The notes under the pieces: model-generated
Databases searched by the model: none
Seen by the model: the letters and a program-made list of their open reading frames with translations, nothing else
Told to the model about the DNA's origin: nothing
Shown here: positions 1-11,505 of the stretch, one piece after another
Layout of the letters: each line of letters begins with the position of its first letter
Numbering within the stretch: the first letter of the stretch is position 1
Made by a program: the position numbers and the translations under genes
NCBI GenBank assembly: GCA_051313645.2
Contig: JBNRSN020000002.1
Location: 323,764,001 to 323,828,000 of the forward strand
Direction: 5' to 3'
Origin: Centroscyllium fabricii
Lineage: Eukaryota
DNA length: 64,000 nt

Positions 1-26
1 TTGGGCAGGCGGGGCAGAGACCTGAA

Positions 27-857
27 GGGGGGATTTTCCTGGAGGTGCGGGAATCTTGCGGGGATTGGTCAGGGTGGCTTGCTGTCCCGCCTGGCCAAGG
101 GCCTGGGAAGCCGACGCTATTTTACTTTAATTGCTCAATTAAATCCCCGCGTGCAGGGTGCCCCTGGTAATTGCCACAGTCAAGTCGTCAATTACGGAGC
201 TCAAACAGCATTCTAGCAGGTTGTCAGACAGCTGCGGGGACTCTGTGTTTACAGTTCCTATGGAAACACTCCACTGTAACATCACAGTGGAGTGCAAGCA
301 ATGGGAAAGGCCAAGTGCTCTGAGTGACAGGTGGATGGGCGGGCTGCAAATCTTTGACAGCTAGGGGCCGGCTGTCACTGGAGCTGTCAGTAGAGCTTGA
401 AAGGTAAGATTTCTAAGTTTTTCCCCACAGCTGGTCTTCACCCAAGGGAGTGACTTACACCTCCAGGGTGTTACAGGCCTGGGAAGCATTTTGTTCCAGG
501 TCTTTCAACACTTTGATGGAGAAAGTTAGCAAGACCACTGTGCTCCCACTGGTTTTCACCAGCAGGGTTTTAGGATGGCGGGGTTTGGGTTGGAAGGGGT
601 TGAAAATTGCTAAGGGCCCTTAAAATGGCATTACAAATGCCAATTAAGGGATCTTAATGAGCTTAACAACCATCCCCACCAGCCACCGGCAGGAAAGATT
701 CGGGGCAGGGAGACAGGGCGGCAGAAAATTGAAAAGCGGTGGGGATCCAGCCGGGGGGGTGGGGGCGGGGCAGGTTGGTCGGGACCCACCGGTTCCACTA
801 TTTTGCCGTCTGACCCGCCGAAAACCCCGCCTCATTAGGACATGAAAATTTTGGCCT
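27..857 (-). mobile_element. Non-autonomous PIF/Harbinger-type element (MITE), ~830 bp
   Basis: G-rich imperfect TIRs (GGGGGGATTTTCC ... GAAAATTTTGGCC). Full-length similarity to the reverse complement of 9639-10431, to 59792-61408, and to both ends of 2394-6887. Confidence 0.75.
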
Positions 858-1589
858 TAGTGTGATCCACAAAGGAAGGACTTACTGTTTCCCTAAAGTA
901 AAGTATCAACAGGTGGTGTGGGAGGGACATCCATGATATGTATGATTATTCTAGGTTCTGGATGAAACAGGCTTGATGGGTCAAGTGGTCTTTTCCCATC
1001 TGGATTTTTTATGTTCTTATATAAATTGCAGCAGCAAATCTATTCTCCAGTAAGACTAGCTCATCACCATATATGTCCTCTCTTCCACCCCCATCCAATT
1101 CCACAATTAGCTGCAGACCACCACAATCTCTATCCCAATCTAAACAAACTATATTCCAATTCAGTCACTCAACCCAGCCAGAAAAGACTTTTCGTCAAGC
1201 TCACTGGTCAGTTCTCCAAATACCGCAAGTAATTTACCCATCATGTGAGGTCCCTTTGCTCACACACATCTGGAGCACTTCTCCATCTTATGGGGGGGTG
1301 GGCGGGGGGGTTACTTTCAACTTTGGTGGGGGCAGAAAACAAGTGGTACCGGATCAGCCACCTATTGAAGTCAATGGAAAGGAAAATCAGTCAAGCTGCA
1401 TAGTAGGTGGCGTATCCTGGCCACTTTCCCTGGCTGAACCAGACTGTTTACAACCTTCACATCCTGTTCGACCATAAACTAGGTTTCAGACACATTTTCC
1501 TTTCCATCACAAAGATTGCTTATTTCCGCCTCTGCAATATTCCCCATCTCCAGCCCTACTTCAGCCACAGAAACCTTTAAACACTTATA

Positions 1590-1935
1590 CAGGTTGAGCA
1601 CCGATGATCCAGCACCCGATGGTCCGGCAGCTTCAGTGGTTCGGCACGATTGGAAACCGGTGCTCTTCATTTTGCGGAGCAGCCGCTCGGTGGCGCCACC
1701 GTTTCCCGCGGAGGGTGAGCGAGCACTGAAGACGTCGGGCGTTTGGGTTTCTGGTTTTTTAGGTCTTGTAAGTGTTCTATCCCCGGGCTCCCTCCCGGAG
1801 AATGTTTTACCGCGCGCTCCGGGCCCTGGGGAGTGTTCTACCACGCGCTCCCCCCAAACCTTCAGTGGTTCCGAATTTTCAGTGGTCCGGCACCGGCCTG
1901 GTCCCGAGGGTGCCGGATTAACGGTGCTCAACCTG
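1590..1935. mobile_element. Tc1/mariner (pogo/Tigger-like) MITE
   Basis: Perfect 14-bp TIR CAGGTTGAGCACCG / CGGTGCTCAACCTG. TA on the left, GA on the right (mutated TSD). TIR shared with 9072-9604 and 63198-63640. Confidence 0.8.
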
Positions 1936-1959
1936 GACAAGCGTTTGTCACCTCCAGAC

Positions 1960-2390
1960 ATACTGCAATGCTCTCCTTGCAAGATTTCCATCCTCCACCT
2001 TCCAGAAATTCCTTCTGCACACGTCCTGTCCTGCACTAAGTGCTGCTCGCTCACTGCCTTCATCCTCACTGATATACATGGGCTCCTTACACCCAAACAC
2101 ATATTAAAAATCCTTGCCCTCTTCTTTATATCCCTGCAAGGCCTCATTCCACTCTACCTCTCCAATCTTCTCCAGCCTTATATTCCCCTCCCCCACACCC
2201 AACCTTTATTCCTGTGACTCCAGACTTTTGTACATCCCCCTCAGTTCACCCCATTATTGTTTGACAAAGCCATCAGCTGGCATCACCTACTCTGGGCCTC
2301 CCTCCTGAAATCTCTTCCTCTCCCCACTGCTCTCTTCTCCTTTAAAAATCTCTCAAAACCCATATTTTAGCAAATTTTTGGTCACCACTC
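1960..2390 (+). repeat. Degenerate L2-like LINE 3' fragment, apparently resuming at 6888-6990 after the Harbinger insertion
   Basis: Translation HGLLTPKHILKILALFFISLQGLIPLYLSNLLQPY resembles the L2 ORF2 C-terminus. An L2-like tail follows the element at 6888. Confidence 0.5.
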
Positions 2391-2393
2391 CAT

Positions 2394-5300
2394 GGGGGGA
2401 ATTTTCATGTCCCCGTCAGGCGATGTTTTGGGCGGGCGTGAGGTGAAAATTGGAAAATATTGGTTCCCGCCCTAGCCCGCCCATTCACCGCCGGTTTTGA
2501 ATTTTTGGGCGGCCTTTTTCACCGCCCCAAATCTTTCCTGCCGGTGCCCAGCGGGGATGCTTGTTAAGGTCGTTAAGGGCACTTAATTGGCATCTGTAAT
2601 CAGATTTTAAGGGCCCTTAGCCATTTTCAGGTGTTACACACACAAAACCCACCAAGCTAAACCCCGTCAGGTGAAACCCTTGTGTGAACTCACTCGGACT
2701 GCTGAGTATCTGTGTCCGGTCACACAATGAAGGCTCACATTTAATCAGCCATCATTCACTTCCGCAACCACATTGTTCTCTCAGTCCTGGGGATACTTGC
2801 AACAGGCTTCAGCACACCTGTGGAAGGTTGCATCCTCAAACACGTCTGCAGTGTGACCTGGGAAAGCCCTCTCACTTCCCGCCACCCGCCCCCCACTCCT
2901 CGGCTCAGTCAGTGCTTCCTCAGCCGAGGCTGCGAGCACAGCCATGGGAGCCATTTTCTTCCTTCCCTTCTTGGGATTACATGATCTCTACCAGGAGCAG
3001 ATGCGGCTACAGCAGCAACAGCAGCAGCCACACCAGGAGCCACCTCACCAGCAGCAGCCACACCAGGAGCCTGAGTCTCCTGCGGACCCTCCGGGGGCAG
3101 CATGGTCCAGAAGGCATCGGCGCATCGAAGGCCGTCGCCGCAGAAGATACTCAAGCCAGCGCCACCATTACGCGAGAACGTTGCTGGCTGGCAAGCAAGG
3201 ATGGAGCTCATCCTTGCAAGATTTTCTTAGCCTACTCAAGCCAGCTTGTGCTACTCTCCTCATCCTAACAGCGCATCCTCACTGACACACTACAATCAGT
3301 TCCACAGCTCATAACTGCATGAGTCCCACTACTGTAACGACATCTGTGGGGGGGGGGGGCATTGGTGGAGTGTGCTTCTGGGGCTGCCAAGTGCCTGTGA
3401 CTGCTTTCTGCTCTCACGCATGCACCCACGCCCCTGACGCACCACACATTTCTTTGATGCACACGGTCCCATCCAAACATCCATCCATCCATCACATGCA
3501 ATAATGAACACAGAAACAATAATGGTTGCAACTGCAATATGCTGTTTAATAACGACATTAAGCAAACATGGCCACATGCATGGTTGTTCAAGTGATGAGC
3601 AGCACTTATGAATCACTGCATTAATGCTGTCCCAGGCATCTCAGCTGCAGACATGCAGGTGTAAACGGTCAAAATGTCATTATCAGCAATGCTGAACCTC
3701 AGCCAGTCCAGTTTTGAGCTTGCAAATTCAAATCCATTGTTTATCATGTTCCCCCCCTCTCACGTGGTGTCCCTCCCTTTTCGAGAGTGGCACATATTCT
3801 GACCAACCATCGACTCTGCTGTGGGGGTCACAGTGAAATCAGGGTCCCTGATCAGCCAATCGAAACAGACATCCCCCCGGAGGTCGTCAATGCCTTCATT
3901 TGAAAAACGGAGAACAGCAGCAGCCATGTATAGAAAAGTTATGCAGCTGCTGTCGGGTTTCTTTATGCGCGTGGGGCTGCTGTGTATCCAAATGTCCTGG
4001 AGGTGCTTCACGGCAGCGCACCCGGACATGAGGCAGGAGCTGTGGAGGGCGGTGAGTGACAATGTCTGGTGCGTCTTCACCCACCTGATCTTGTTTGATG
4101 TGTGAGAGCTGAGGCATGCTGGCACCATGGCTCCTTGGCCATTCCATCAGGGTCAGGTGCTGTGAGGGGCCAGCTGCAGCCAGATGATGTTGGATGCATG
4201 GGTAATTTGGCCAGTTGGCCCATCTTTTCTTTGCCCACCTCCATCGCTTTAAAGTTTTGTTCATGTTAAAGTTCAGCCCTGAGGATTGTTTGCTGGTGTT
4301 GTGAAAACATCAGGTGGTTTGTTCAGTTAACCTGGTCATCGTTTGGACCACGCATCGTTCATACAGTCCCTCTGTTCGCTGGTGTGCGTCACCATGAAGG
4401 TAGGCCGATTTCATGGACCTTCACTCTGAACCATTGAGCTACAGTCTGTTATTGAACCTCATACGTCTTGCTGTAAGTCCTTGTGCCATGTTGCATCTGC
4501 ATCCTTGCATATCTGTGAGGCCTGCCCGATTGCTGTCCAGCCTGCATAAGACATCAATGTGGAAGGGTCATTCACAAGATGTCAGACATGACAACTGCAT
4601 CAGGTGGCACCTGGAGTGGTCTGCTGTCTGACCAGTGCTATGGACACCTGAATGTCTGTTACACTAACACCCAAGTGACTCCCGTTGTGCCTAAGGGTGC
4701 TTAAGTTTTCTTTTGTGAGTGCTCCTACGTGATGGTGGCCCTGTGGTGTCAGCAGATGTGGAGGCCCCCTGCTGAGTGCCCTGCTGCTCCTGTCTGGACA
4801 CCTTTGGCGGTCATCCTGTGGGGCGGCGAGCCTGTGGGGGTTTGCCACCAGTCTGCTGCTCCTGCGGCTGGGCAGGGTATGAGACTTCCATCTCAGGTGC
4901 ATGGGGACTCCGGCGGACCTCTGACCGAGGGCTCTGCAGCGGTGTGGACATGGGAGCACTTGGAGAGGAGCCCCCACTTCATTCAGCTGCACCACCAACC
5001 TCCCTCTCATGGGTCACCTCCCCCTCAGCGCCAGCAAGTGGCTGGACAGCACCTTGCTGCACTTCAGGGGGGCCATGGGGACCCGTTTCTGCAGTGGAAG
5101 TCCTACTGAGAGGGACTTCCATGAAGGTCTGGTTCCTCTGCTCAATAGATGCCACTCGCTGCTCAAGAGATGTGAATCTATTGTGCCCATGTCTTCGAAA
5201 GACTGGCGACTTATGTGCTTGATGGCCGTGGGCATCCTCTCCTCCACGGTCGCTATCCTTTCCATGGTGGTTGCCATCCTTGCCATGGTGATGCGATCAT

Positions 5301-6887
5301 GCACCACTGACTCCGCAAAGGAGCTTCTCATGCTTGCGACAGACTCCTCCATTCACATGACACTCACAGTTACCTGGGAGACAAAACCTGTCAGAGACGC
5401 CTGCATCTATGTCTGGAGTCCCATCATGTGTCCTCTGCCTGATGGATCCAAAGGCGCTGGGTCGACATGCAGCTCAGCTAAGCTGGGAGAGTCCTGCGCC
5501 CTCCGACTATGACTCTGCAATGCTGTTCCTGTCTCCACAATCTGCTGAGGCTCACTTGTGTTATGACTTGTCACCGGGTGATGCATACATGTAGCTCTAG
5601 GGGGGCCCACTGAGGTGCTAGTATCTGCGCTGGTGCCGGGTTGAGTCTGTGGTGCTGACGGTGCGCCCTCAGAGGTGGCAGGTTCCTCTGAGGACTGAAC
5701 AGGGGTGGCCTCATCCTCAGCTCTGCTTGGGCGTCCAGCTGTGGATGGGCCTGTGGGGCAGTAAAGGAAGAGGTTAGAGATATATCAGCAAGGTTACATA
5801 CAGATAGCATTCAGGAGCTGAACAGAGCTGCCTCTGCAGTGCTTTTACATTCATTGTGCCAGTCTCATCTGTTAGTTCTTAGAGAAAAAATGAAACCATG
5901 CTGTCACCAGCTTGACATTGCATGCCTGCCTCGCCGTCACCCACTCCCGGGGCTTGCCCCTCCCCAACGAGGTCCAGAACAGCCTCCTCCCAGGTGGTGA
6001 GCTGCTGGATGGTGGGGGGTCCTCCTCAGGTCCCAGTGCTGTGCCGCTTGTTGGCGGCTGTCTTTTCCTGCAATGCGGGAGAGAAGTGGAGGTTGAGTGA
6101 GAAGGAAGGAGTTGGTGCAGCGAGTGAGCAGCAAAGTTTGTTGGAGGGTGACAAAGATGCAGTGAGCCTGCAAGACCAAAGGCTCTCCCTGTGTGGTGCC
6201 AGATGTGCTGCAAGCATGAGAGTGAGAGGGAGTGTGAGGGCTGAATGGAGGGAAAGGAACTTGAGTGTGAGCATAGATAGAGAGGGAATGGTTAAGGTTG
6301 CTTGGATATGATGGGGAAGTGGGATGTGGAGGAAGGGAGTGGTGAAGATAAGTTGTGGTGAGGAGAGGTGAGGGGGATGAGATTGATGGTGAGGGGAAAT
6401 GAATACTTACTTTTGCAGTGTGGTGAAGGTCATGCAATCTCTTGCGACACTGTGCCCAAGGAGCTGACCCCCTCAGCCTCCTGCTGCCATGCAACCTTGA
6501 TCTGTGAGGGAGGTCTCTTCCTCCCTATGGGTCGTTGCCCCCTCGAGTAATGCGTCGAGGGAGGCGTCATCAAATTCGGGGGCCGGTCGTCCCCTCCCGC
6601 TGCCCGATGCAGCACCGTCACGCTCTGCCATCCTACTGAAGGCTTGTAGAATGCTGAGCAGTGCAGGAGGCGAGCTGTGTTCATTAAAAGAAAGTCAAAT
6701 TCTGACGTCATACTGTGCGACTTTCTGACTGGAAATCAGTGATTGAGAAGGCTTCCCGCAGGCGGGGAATTAATTGGGTACTTAGACTAAAATCTCGTGG
6801 GAAACGCAGGCACTTTATCGGGCGGGCCAAAAACCCGCCCCGACCAATCCCCGAGAGTTCCCTGCCATTCTGGAAAAATTCCGGCCC
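2394..6887 (+). mobile_element. 4.5-kb PIF/Harbinger-type element with Myb/SANT gene remnant and no recognisable DDE transposase core
   Basis: Termini GGGGGGAATTTTC ... GAAAAATTCCGGCCC. The terminal ~300 and ~170 bp match the ends of the MITE at 9639-10431. Internal Myb/SANT-like exons lie on the - strand. Confidence 0.8.
4700..6631 (-). pseudogene. Harbinger ORF2 Myb/SANT-like DNA-binding protein, multi-exon and disrupted
   Basis: Exon 6631-6411 reads MAERDG..RPAPEFDDASLDALLEG / KRPPSQIKVAWQQEAEGVS / QCRKRLHDLHHTAK with frameshifts, then a GTAAGT donor. The next exon from 6067 reads EKTAANKRHSTGT*GGPPTIQQLTTWEEAVLDLVG. Coiled-coil-like segment at 5352-5014. The 3' end is approximate. Confidence 0.7.
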
Positions 6888-7659
6888 TAATCTCTCCTTT
6901 TCTGGTTTGGAGTCCATTTTCCCTAGTGTATCTGTGAAATGGCTTGAGATGGTTTCTTTTTTACATTAACAGAATGTATAAATGCGAGTTAATGATGATC
7001 AAACATTTCATAAGAACTCACCACAGACCAGAGATCCAACCTCGGGCCTTGTAGTCTGTACAACATAGTGGCACACTTCAAAGAATTCTTTTTTTCTGCA
7101 CATTAAATATCAAATTAAAATAATATGAATTAGAGGTAACCAGTAACGTTCAGTGTAAACTATATTGTGGCATTGATATTACAGTGGTTGCAGTGACGTC
7201 ACTCAAACTATTTTCTTCTCAACGCCATCTGTTCTCAATTATGACATCATTTCCATGTAATATGAAACATATTTCATGGAGATGAAATCATGTGTGGTAC
7301 AAAACAAAAAAATAATAATCTTGTTGAATTTTACTTATTATGCTATTAAATTCCAAATGTAAAAACAGAATAGCAGAGCACAAAATGATACCTAACACTC
7401 AATGTGGAAAAGCCTTGCATGCAACTTGCTTGAGCACTAAACACAAGAATATCATCCGTCCAGGCTCATCTGTTTCTTATTCACACGCTAATACGTCCAA
7501 ACTGATTTTCAAATGGCAAGACATTTAGAACTCAACTGAAGTGCTTGAAATCTGGTGCATGAGATGTCAAAAAGGAAAGAATCCTAAATCTCATGCCAAC
7601 AAACGTGTTAATGTTTTGACAATCCAGACGAAACAATTCATTTTAAGTTTATGTTGGCA

Positions 7660-8093
7660 ACGCATTTATATAGCGCCTTTCGCGACCACCACACATCCCA
7701 AAGCACTTTACAGCCAATGAAGTACTTTTGAAGTGTAGTCACTGTTGTAATGTAGGAAACACGGCAGCCAATTTGCGCACAGTAAGCTCCCACAAACAGC
7801 AATGTGATAATGACCAGATAATCTGTTTTTATGTTGATTGAAAGATAAATATTGGCCAGGATGAACTCCCCTGCTCGTCTTCAAAATAGTGCCAAAGGAT
7901 CTTTTACATCCACCTGAGAGAGCAGACAGGGCCTCCTTTTAACGTCTCATCTGAAAGACGGTAACTCCGACAATGCAGCATGCCCTCAGCACGGCACTGG
8001 AGTGTCAGCCTAGATTTGTGTGCTCGCGTGGGACTTGAACCCACAACCTTCTGACTCAGAGGCGAGAGTGCGACCCACTGAGCCACAGCTGAC
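7660..8093 (-). mobile_element. tRNA-headed SINE, DeuSINE/SacSINE1-like
   Basis: The - strand head has A/B-box-like GTGGCTCAGTGG ... GGTTCAAGTCC, followed by a Deu-domain-like core and an L2-type tail (AAAGGCGCTATATAAATGC). Confidence 0.65.
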
Positions 8094-8136
8094 ACTTCAC
8101 AATGAATTAGGCCTATTCTTTCTTCATGGTTACCCT

Positions 8137-8236
8137 TACATAAGAACATAAGAAATAGGAGCAGGAGTAGGCCAATCGGACTCTCGAGCCTGCTCCGCCA
8201 TTCAACAAGATCATGGCTGATCTGATCCTAACCTCA
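8137..8236 (-). repeat. CR1-like LINE 3' tail fragment
   Basis: ACATAAGAACATAAGAAATAGGAGCAGGAGTAGGCC is the reverse of a CR1 3' end with a short terminal repeat. Similar to 11105-11200. Confidence 0.65.
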
Positions 8237-9071
8237 ATTTTATTTTTACTCTCCACCCCGCCCAAACCCATGTGATCACCTGGGAGAGTCGAAAAACCAG
8301 ATTAAAAAACCCAGTAGCCAATTTGTGAGAAAAAAATCAGGAAAATTCCTCTCCGACCCATCTAGGCGATCGAAAACTGGTCCAGGAGATCACATGGCCG
8401 ATCTGAACCTAGCCTCACATCCACTACAATACAGAAATGATATGCAGAAGTCTGACAATGTTAATAAAACTTAATAAATGTTTTACTGGTTAAATCTGCA
8501 TCTAAGATCTTGTGAAATGGAGCTCATGTGTTATTCTACCAAGATTCCGACCAAATTTTTCAACATTAAGCAAGTATACCAGGATTATAAAACAGCAACA
8601 AATAGCAGATACAAAATCAAGTGCATTTTCTTAGTAAGGTTTGTCACTGCATGTCCCATTTAGTCTCTCTTCCCTCCGTCATTCCATGCAAAACAGACAT
8701 ACAAGATGTACAATGGGAATGTACAAAGTCAAACAGGTACCTTACGCGAAGAAGAAAGTATGAAGTGGAGGAAAAGTCACTCTGTGTAGCTCACAAATTT
8801 CAACAAACAATTTGCAATTTGCTTTTATGGATTCTTCCCGTAATTTATTCAATCTCCTGAAGGAAGCAAATAATTGCAGATAAAATTTTCATGAGCAGAT
8901 TTTATCTGTCAACCATCTCCTTGGCCCCAAACATCAACTGAGCAAAAATGCCAGAATCTCAAGCTAACATTGCTATCGACATTATTCAGCACATCCTATA
9001 CACTGATGTCTCCACTCCATTGCACTGTATGTTTAAAATGGCATGAAATGCATCAATGAAAAAGAGAGATA

Positions 9072-9604
9072 CAGGTTGAAGACCGTTAATCCAGTAACTG
9101 AAAAGTCAGCAGCTTCAGTCGTCTGGCATAAATTGCCCCGACTGCCCTGCGCATGTGCAAAATGGCCACCGCGATTGATGCTTCGGCGAATGATCTGTGC
9201 ATGCACCGCTGAATGGCGAGCGCATGCGCAGATCATTCAAAATGGCCGGCAGAAGTTTTGAAAGATCTGTCCATGTGCCACCGAATGGCGAGCGCATGCG
9301 CAGACCATTGAAAACTTCCAGTGGCCATTTTGAATGATCTGCGCATCCGCTCACCATTCGGCGGCACACGCGCAGATCATTCAAAACTTTGCAGCGGCCA
9401 TTTCGCATGATCTGCGCATGCGCTCGCCATTTAGCGGCAAATGCGCAGATCATTCAAAATTTGCGGCGCCCATTTCCAATGCTCTGCGCATTCGCATGGC
9501 CATTTTGAATGGTGCGTGCATCCGCACTGGACGGCTTCATTCTTCTGGCTTTTTCGCGATACCGACGTGGGCCTGGCCGTGCCGGATTAACGGTGTTCAA
9601 CCTG
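9072..9604. mobile_element. Tc1/mariner-type MITE with internal direct and inverted ~70-bp repeats
   Basis: TA|CAGGTTGAAGACCGTTAATCC ... GGATTAACGGTGTTCAACCTG|TA (TIR plus TA TSD). Confidence 0.85.
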
Positions 9605-9638
9605 TACAGGGGTAAAGTTGTAAGCTAACAGACAACAT

Positions 9639-10431
9639 GGGGGGGAATTTCATGTCCCCGTGAGGCGGGGTTTTCGGCGGCTCAGCCGGCAAAATAGCAC
9701 ACCAGTGGATCGCAACCCCCCCCCCCCCCGCTGGATCCCCGCCACTTTGTCATTTTCCCCCACCCTGATTCTCCACCCCAAAACCTTCCTGCCGGCGGCT
9801 GGCAGGGATGGGTTGTCACCTCATTAAGGGCCCTTAATTGGCATGTTTAATGCCATTTTAAGGGCCATCAGCCATTTTGAGCCGTTTCCCACCCTAACCC
9901 CGTCACCTTAAACCAAGCTGGGTGAAATCCAGCGGGAGCACAGTGCTGGTCATCACTTTCTCCTTCAAGGTATTAAAGGACATGATGCCAAATGCTTGGC
10001 GTGCCTCCAGCACCTTAGAGGAGTAAGTTACTCCATGGTGGCTGCACCAGCTGTGAGCAAAAACTGAGAAATCTCAGCTTTGCACATTTGCTCACAGCCA
10101 GTACGAGCTGTCAAGGATTTGGAGCCGCCCGCCCACCTGTCAGTCACCAGCACTTGACCTTTCCCATTGGTTCCACTCGACTGTGATGTTACAGTGGAGT
10201 GTTTCCATGGGAACTGTCAACAACCAGTGCTGGAACTGTCAATCAAGCTCCTCGCAGCCGCGCTGCAGTCTGACTCGATTGAGTTAATTACCACCTGCTG
10301 CCGCCGGCGGGGATTTAACAACTCAATTAAACTAAAATTGCGTGGGCTTCCCAGGCCCTTGGGCAGGCGGGACAGGAACCCGCCCAGACCAATCCCCGCC
10401 AGGTTCCCGCACTTCCGGCAAAATCCCCCCC
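9639..10431 (+). mobile_element. Non-autonomous PIF/Harbinger-type MITE, same family as 27-857
   Basis: GGGGGGGAATTTC ... AAAATCCCCCCC termini. Colinear with the reverse complement of 27-857. Confidence 0.8.
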
Positions 10432-11206
10432 AGTGAATGTGGAGAAAAAGTGTGATCTAGAAGAAATGAGGATAATTCAAAAGCATTGATTGGTATTGGC
10501 AATTCACATAGTATCAGTGGGATTCAGTCGGTTATGAAACAGTGTGAATTAAATAAAAAATTAATGGAAAATGATTGGTATTGTGATTTTATGATTAATT
10601 TTAAAAAGTTATAGCCCAAAGTGGCATTAAAACAAGTGGGCCCCTCGGGATTATACTGAAGTTTTAAAATCACCTTTATACAGAAACTCAAATAATACAG
10701 GAATGGGTGATTTTTCATTTTCTCATATCTGGCCTTCTCTCCTGAAATTGTTCATCACTTTAGAAATTTTAAAAATAAATGGAAAGCTTTCATATAACCA
10801 CTGTCTCACATTTATCCTTCAAAACTTCATTATAATGTGAACATAATGCACCAGATTTTGCTGTCAAAATAACAGTGATGCGCAAATGGCACAGCAACTT
10901 CAGGCAAGGAGCAGATACATGTTTAAATCCCAATACCCAAAAGTTGCTGTCCAAGGTGCGCTGCTCTGCCGTTAGCTTCACAAAAATGGCATTTTGTTGT
11001 TTCTCCTTCAGCATTGAGATGCATTGATTGTCGTGAAGTTGCTGTATTTGTGCGGTAGATACAGACTAATCTCGCCACAGAAAGTTAAGTCTCGTCATTA
11101 CAAGCACAAGGAATACAGGAACAGGAGAAGGCCATTTAGCCCCTCGAGCCTGCTCCGCCATTCAATAAGGTCATGGCTAATCTGCCACCTAACTTCATAT
11201 ACCCAC

Positions 11207-11484
11207 TGTGATAAACCCTTTATCAGTTGTATATAGTTAACTACCATGTATTGCTATGTACCAATGTAAATACCTGTACTGTAAGGTGATGACTGGGACA
11301 TGCCCAGGTTAGCTCCGCCCACGACTCCTCCCTCCCTGGAGGAGGTATATAAGTGGCTGCACCCATCCCCCAGCCATACCTGGGGACAGTCGACTAGCTG
11401 GTGCATGTTCCAGTAGTAGTCAATAAAAGCCTTATTGTTTCTCTAACTAACTACTCATTTCCGAGGCTGTTATTTCAGGTCACA
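11207..11484 (+). repeat. 5' LTR (278 bp)
   Basis: TGTGA...TCACA ends, TATATAA at ~11347, AATAAA at 11422. Differs from the 3' LTR by 6 substitutions and one 8-bp indel (manual count). Confidence 0.95.
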
Positions 11485-11505
11485 ATTTTATTGACTACTT
11501 TGAAA

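Noticed and set aside
1479-2217. Overlapping 222-aa and 233-aa ORFs
   Set aside because: They run across a GC-rich MITE and an L2 remnant. They have no coherent domain and are best explained as chance open frames.
8020-8093. tRNA-like sequences here and at 24350-24420
   Set aside because: They are SINE heads continuous with SINE bodies, not full cloverleaf tRNA genes.
9150-9520. Repeat array superficially like a CRISPR
   Set aside because: The units are degenerate, partly inverted, lack unique spacers and lie inside a TA-flanked MITE in vertebrate DNA.
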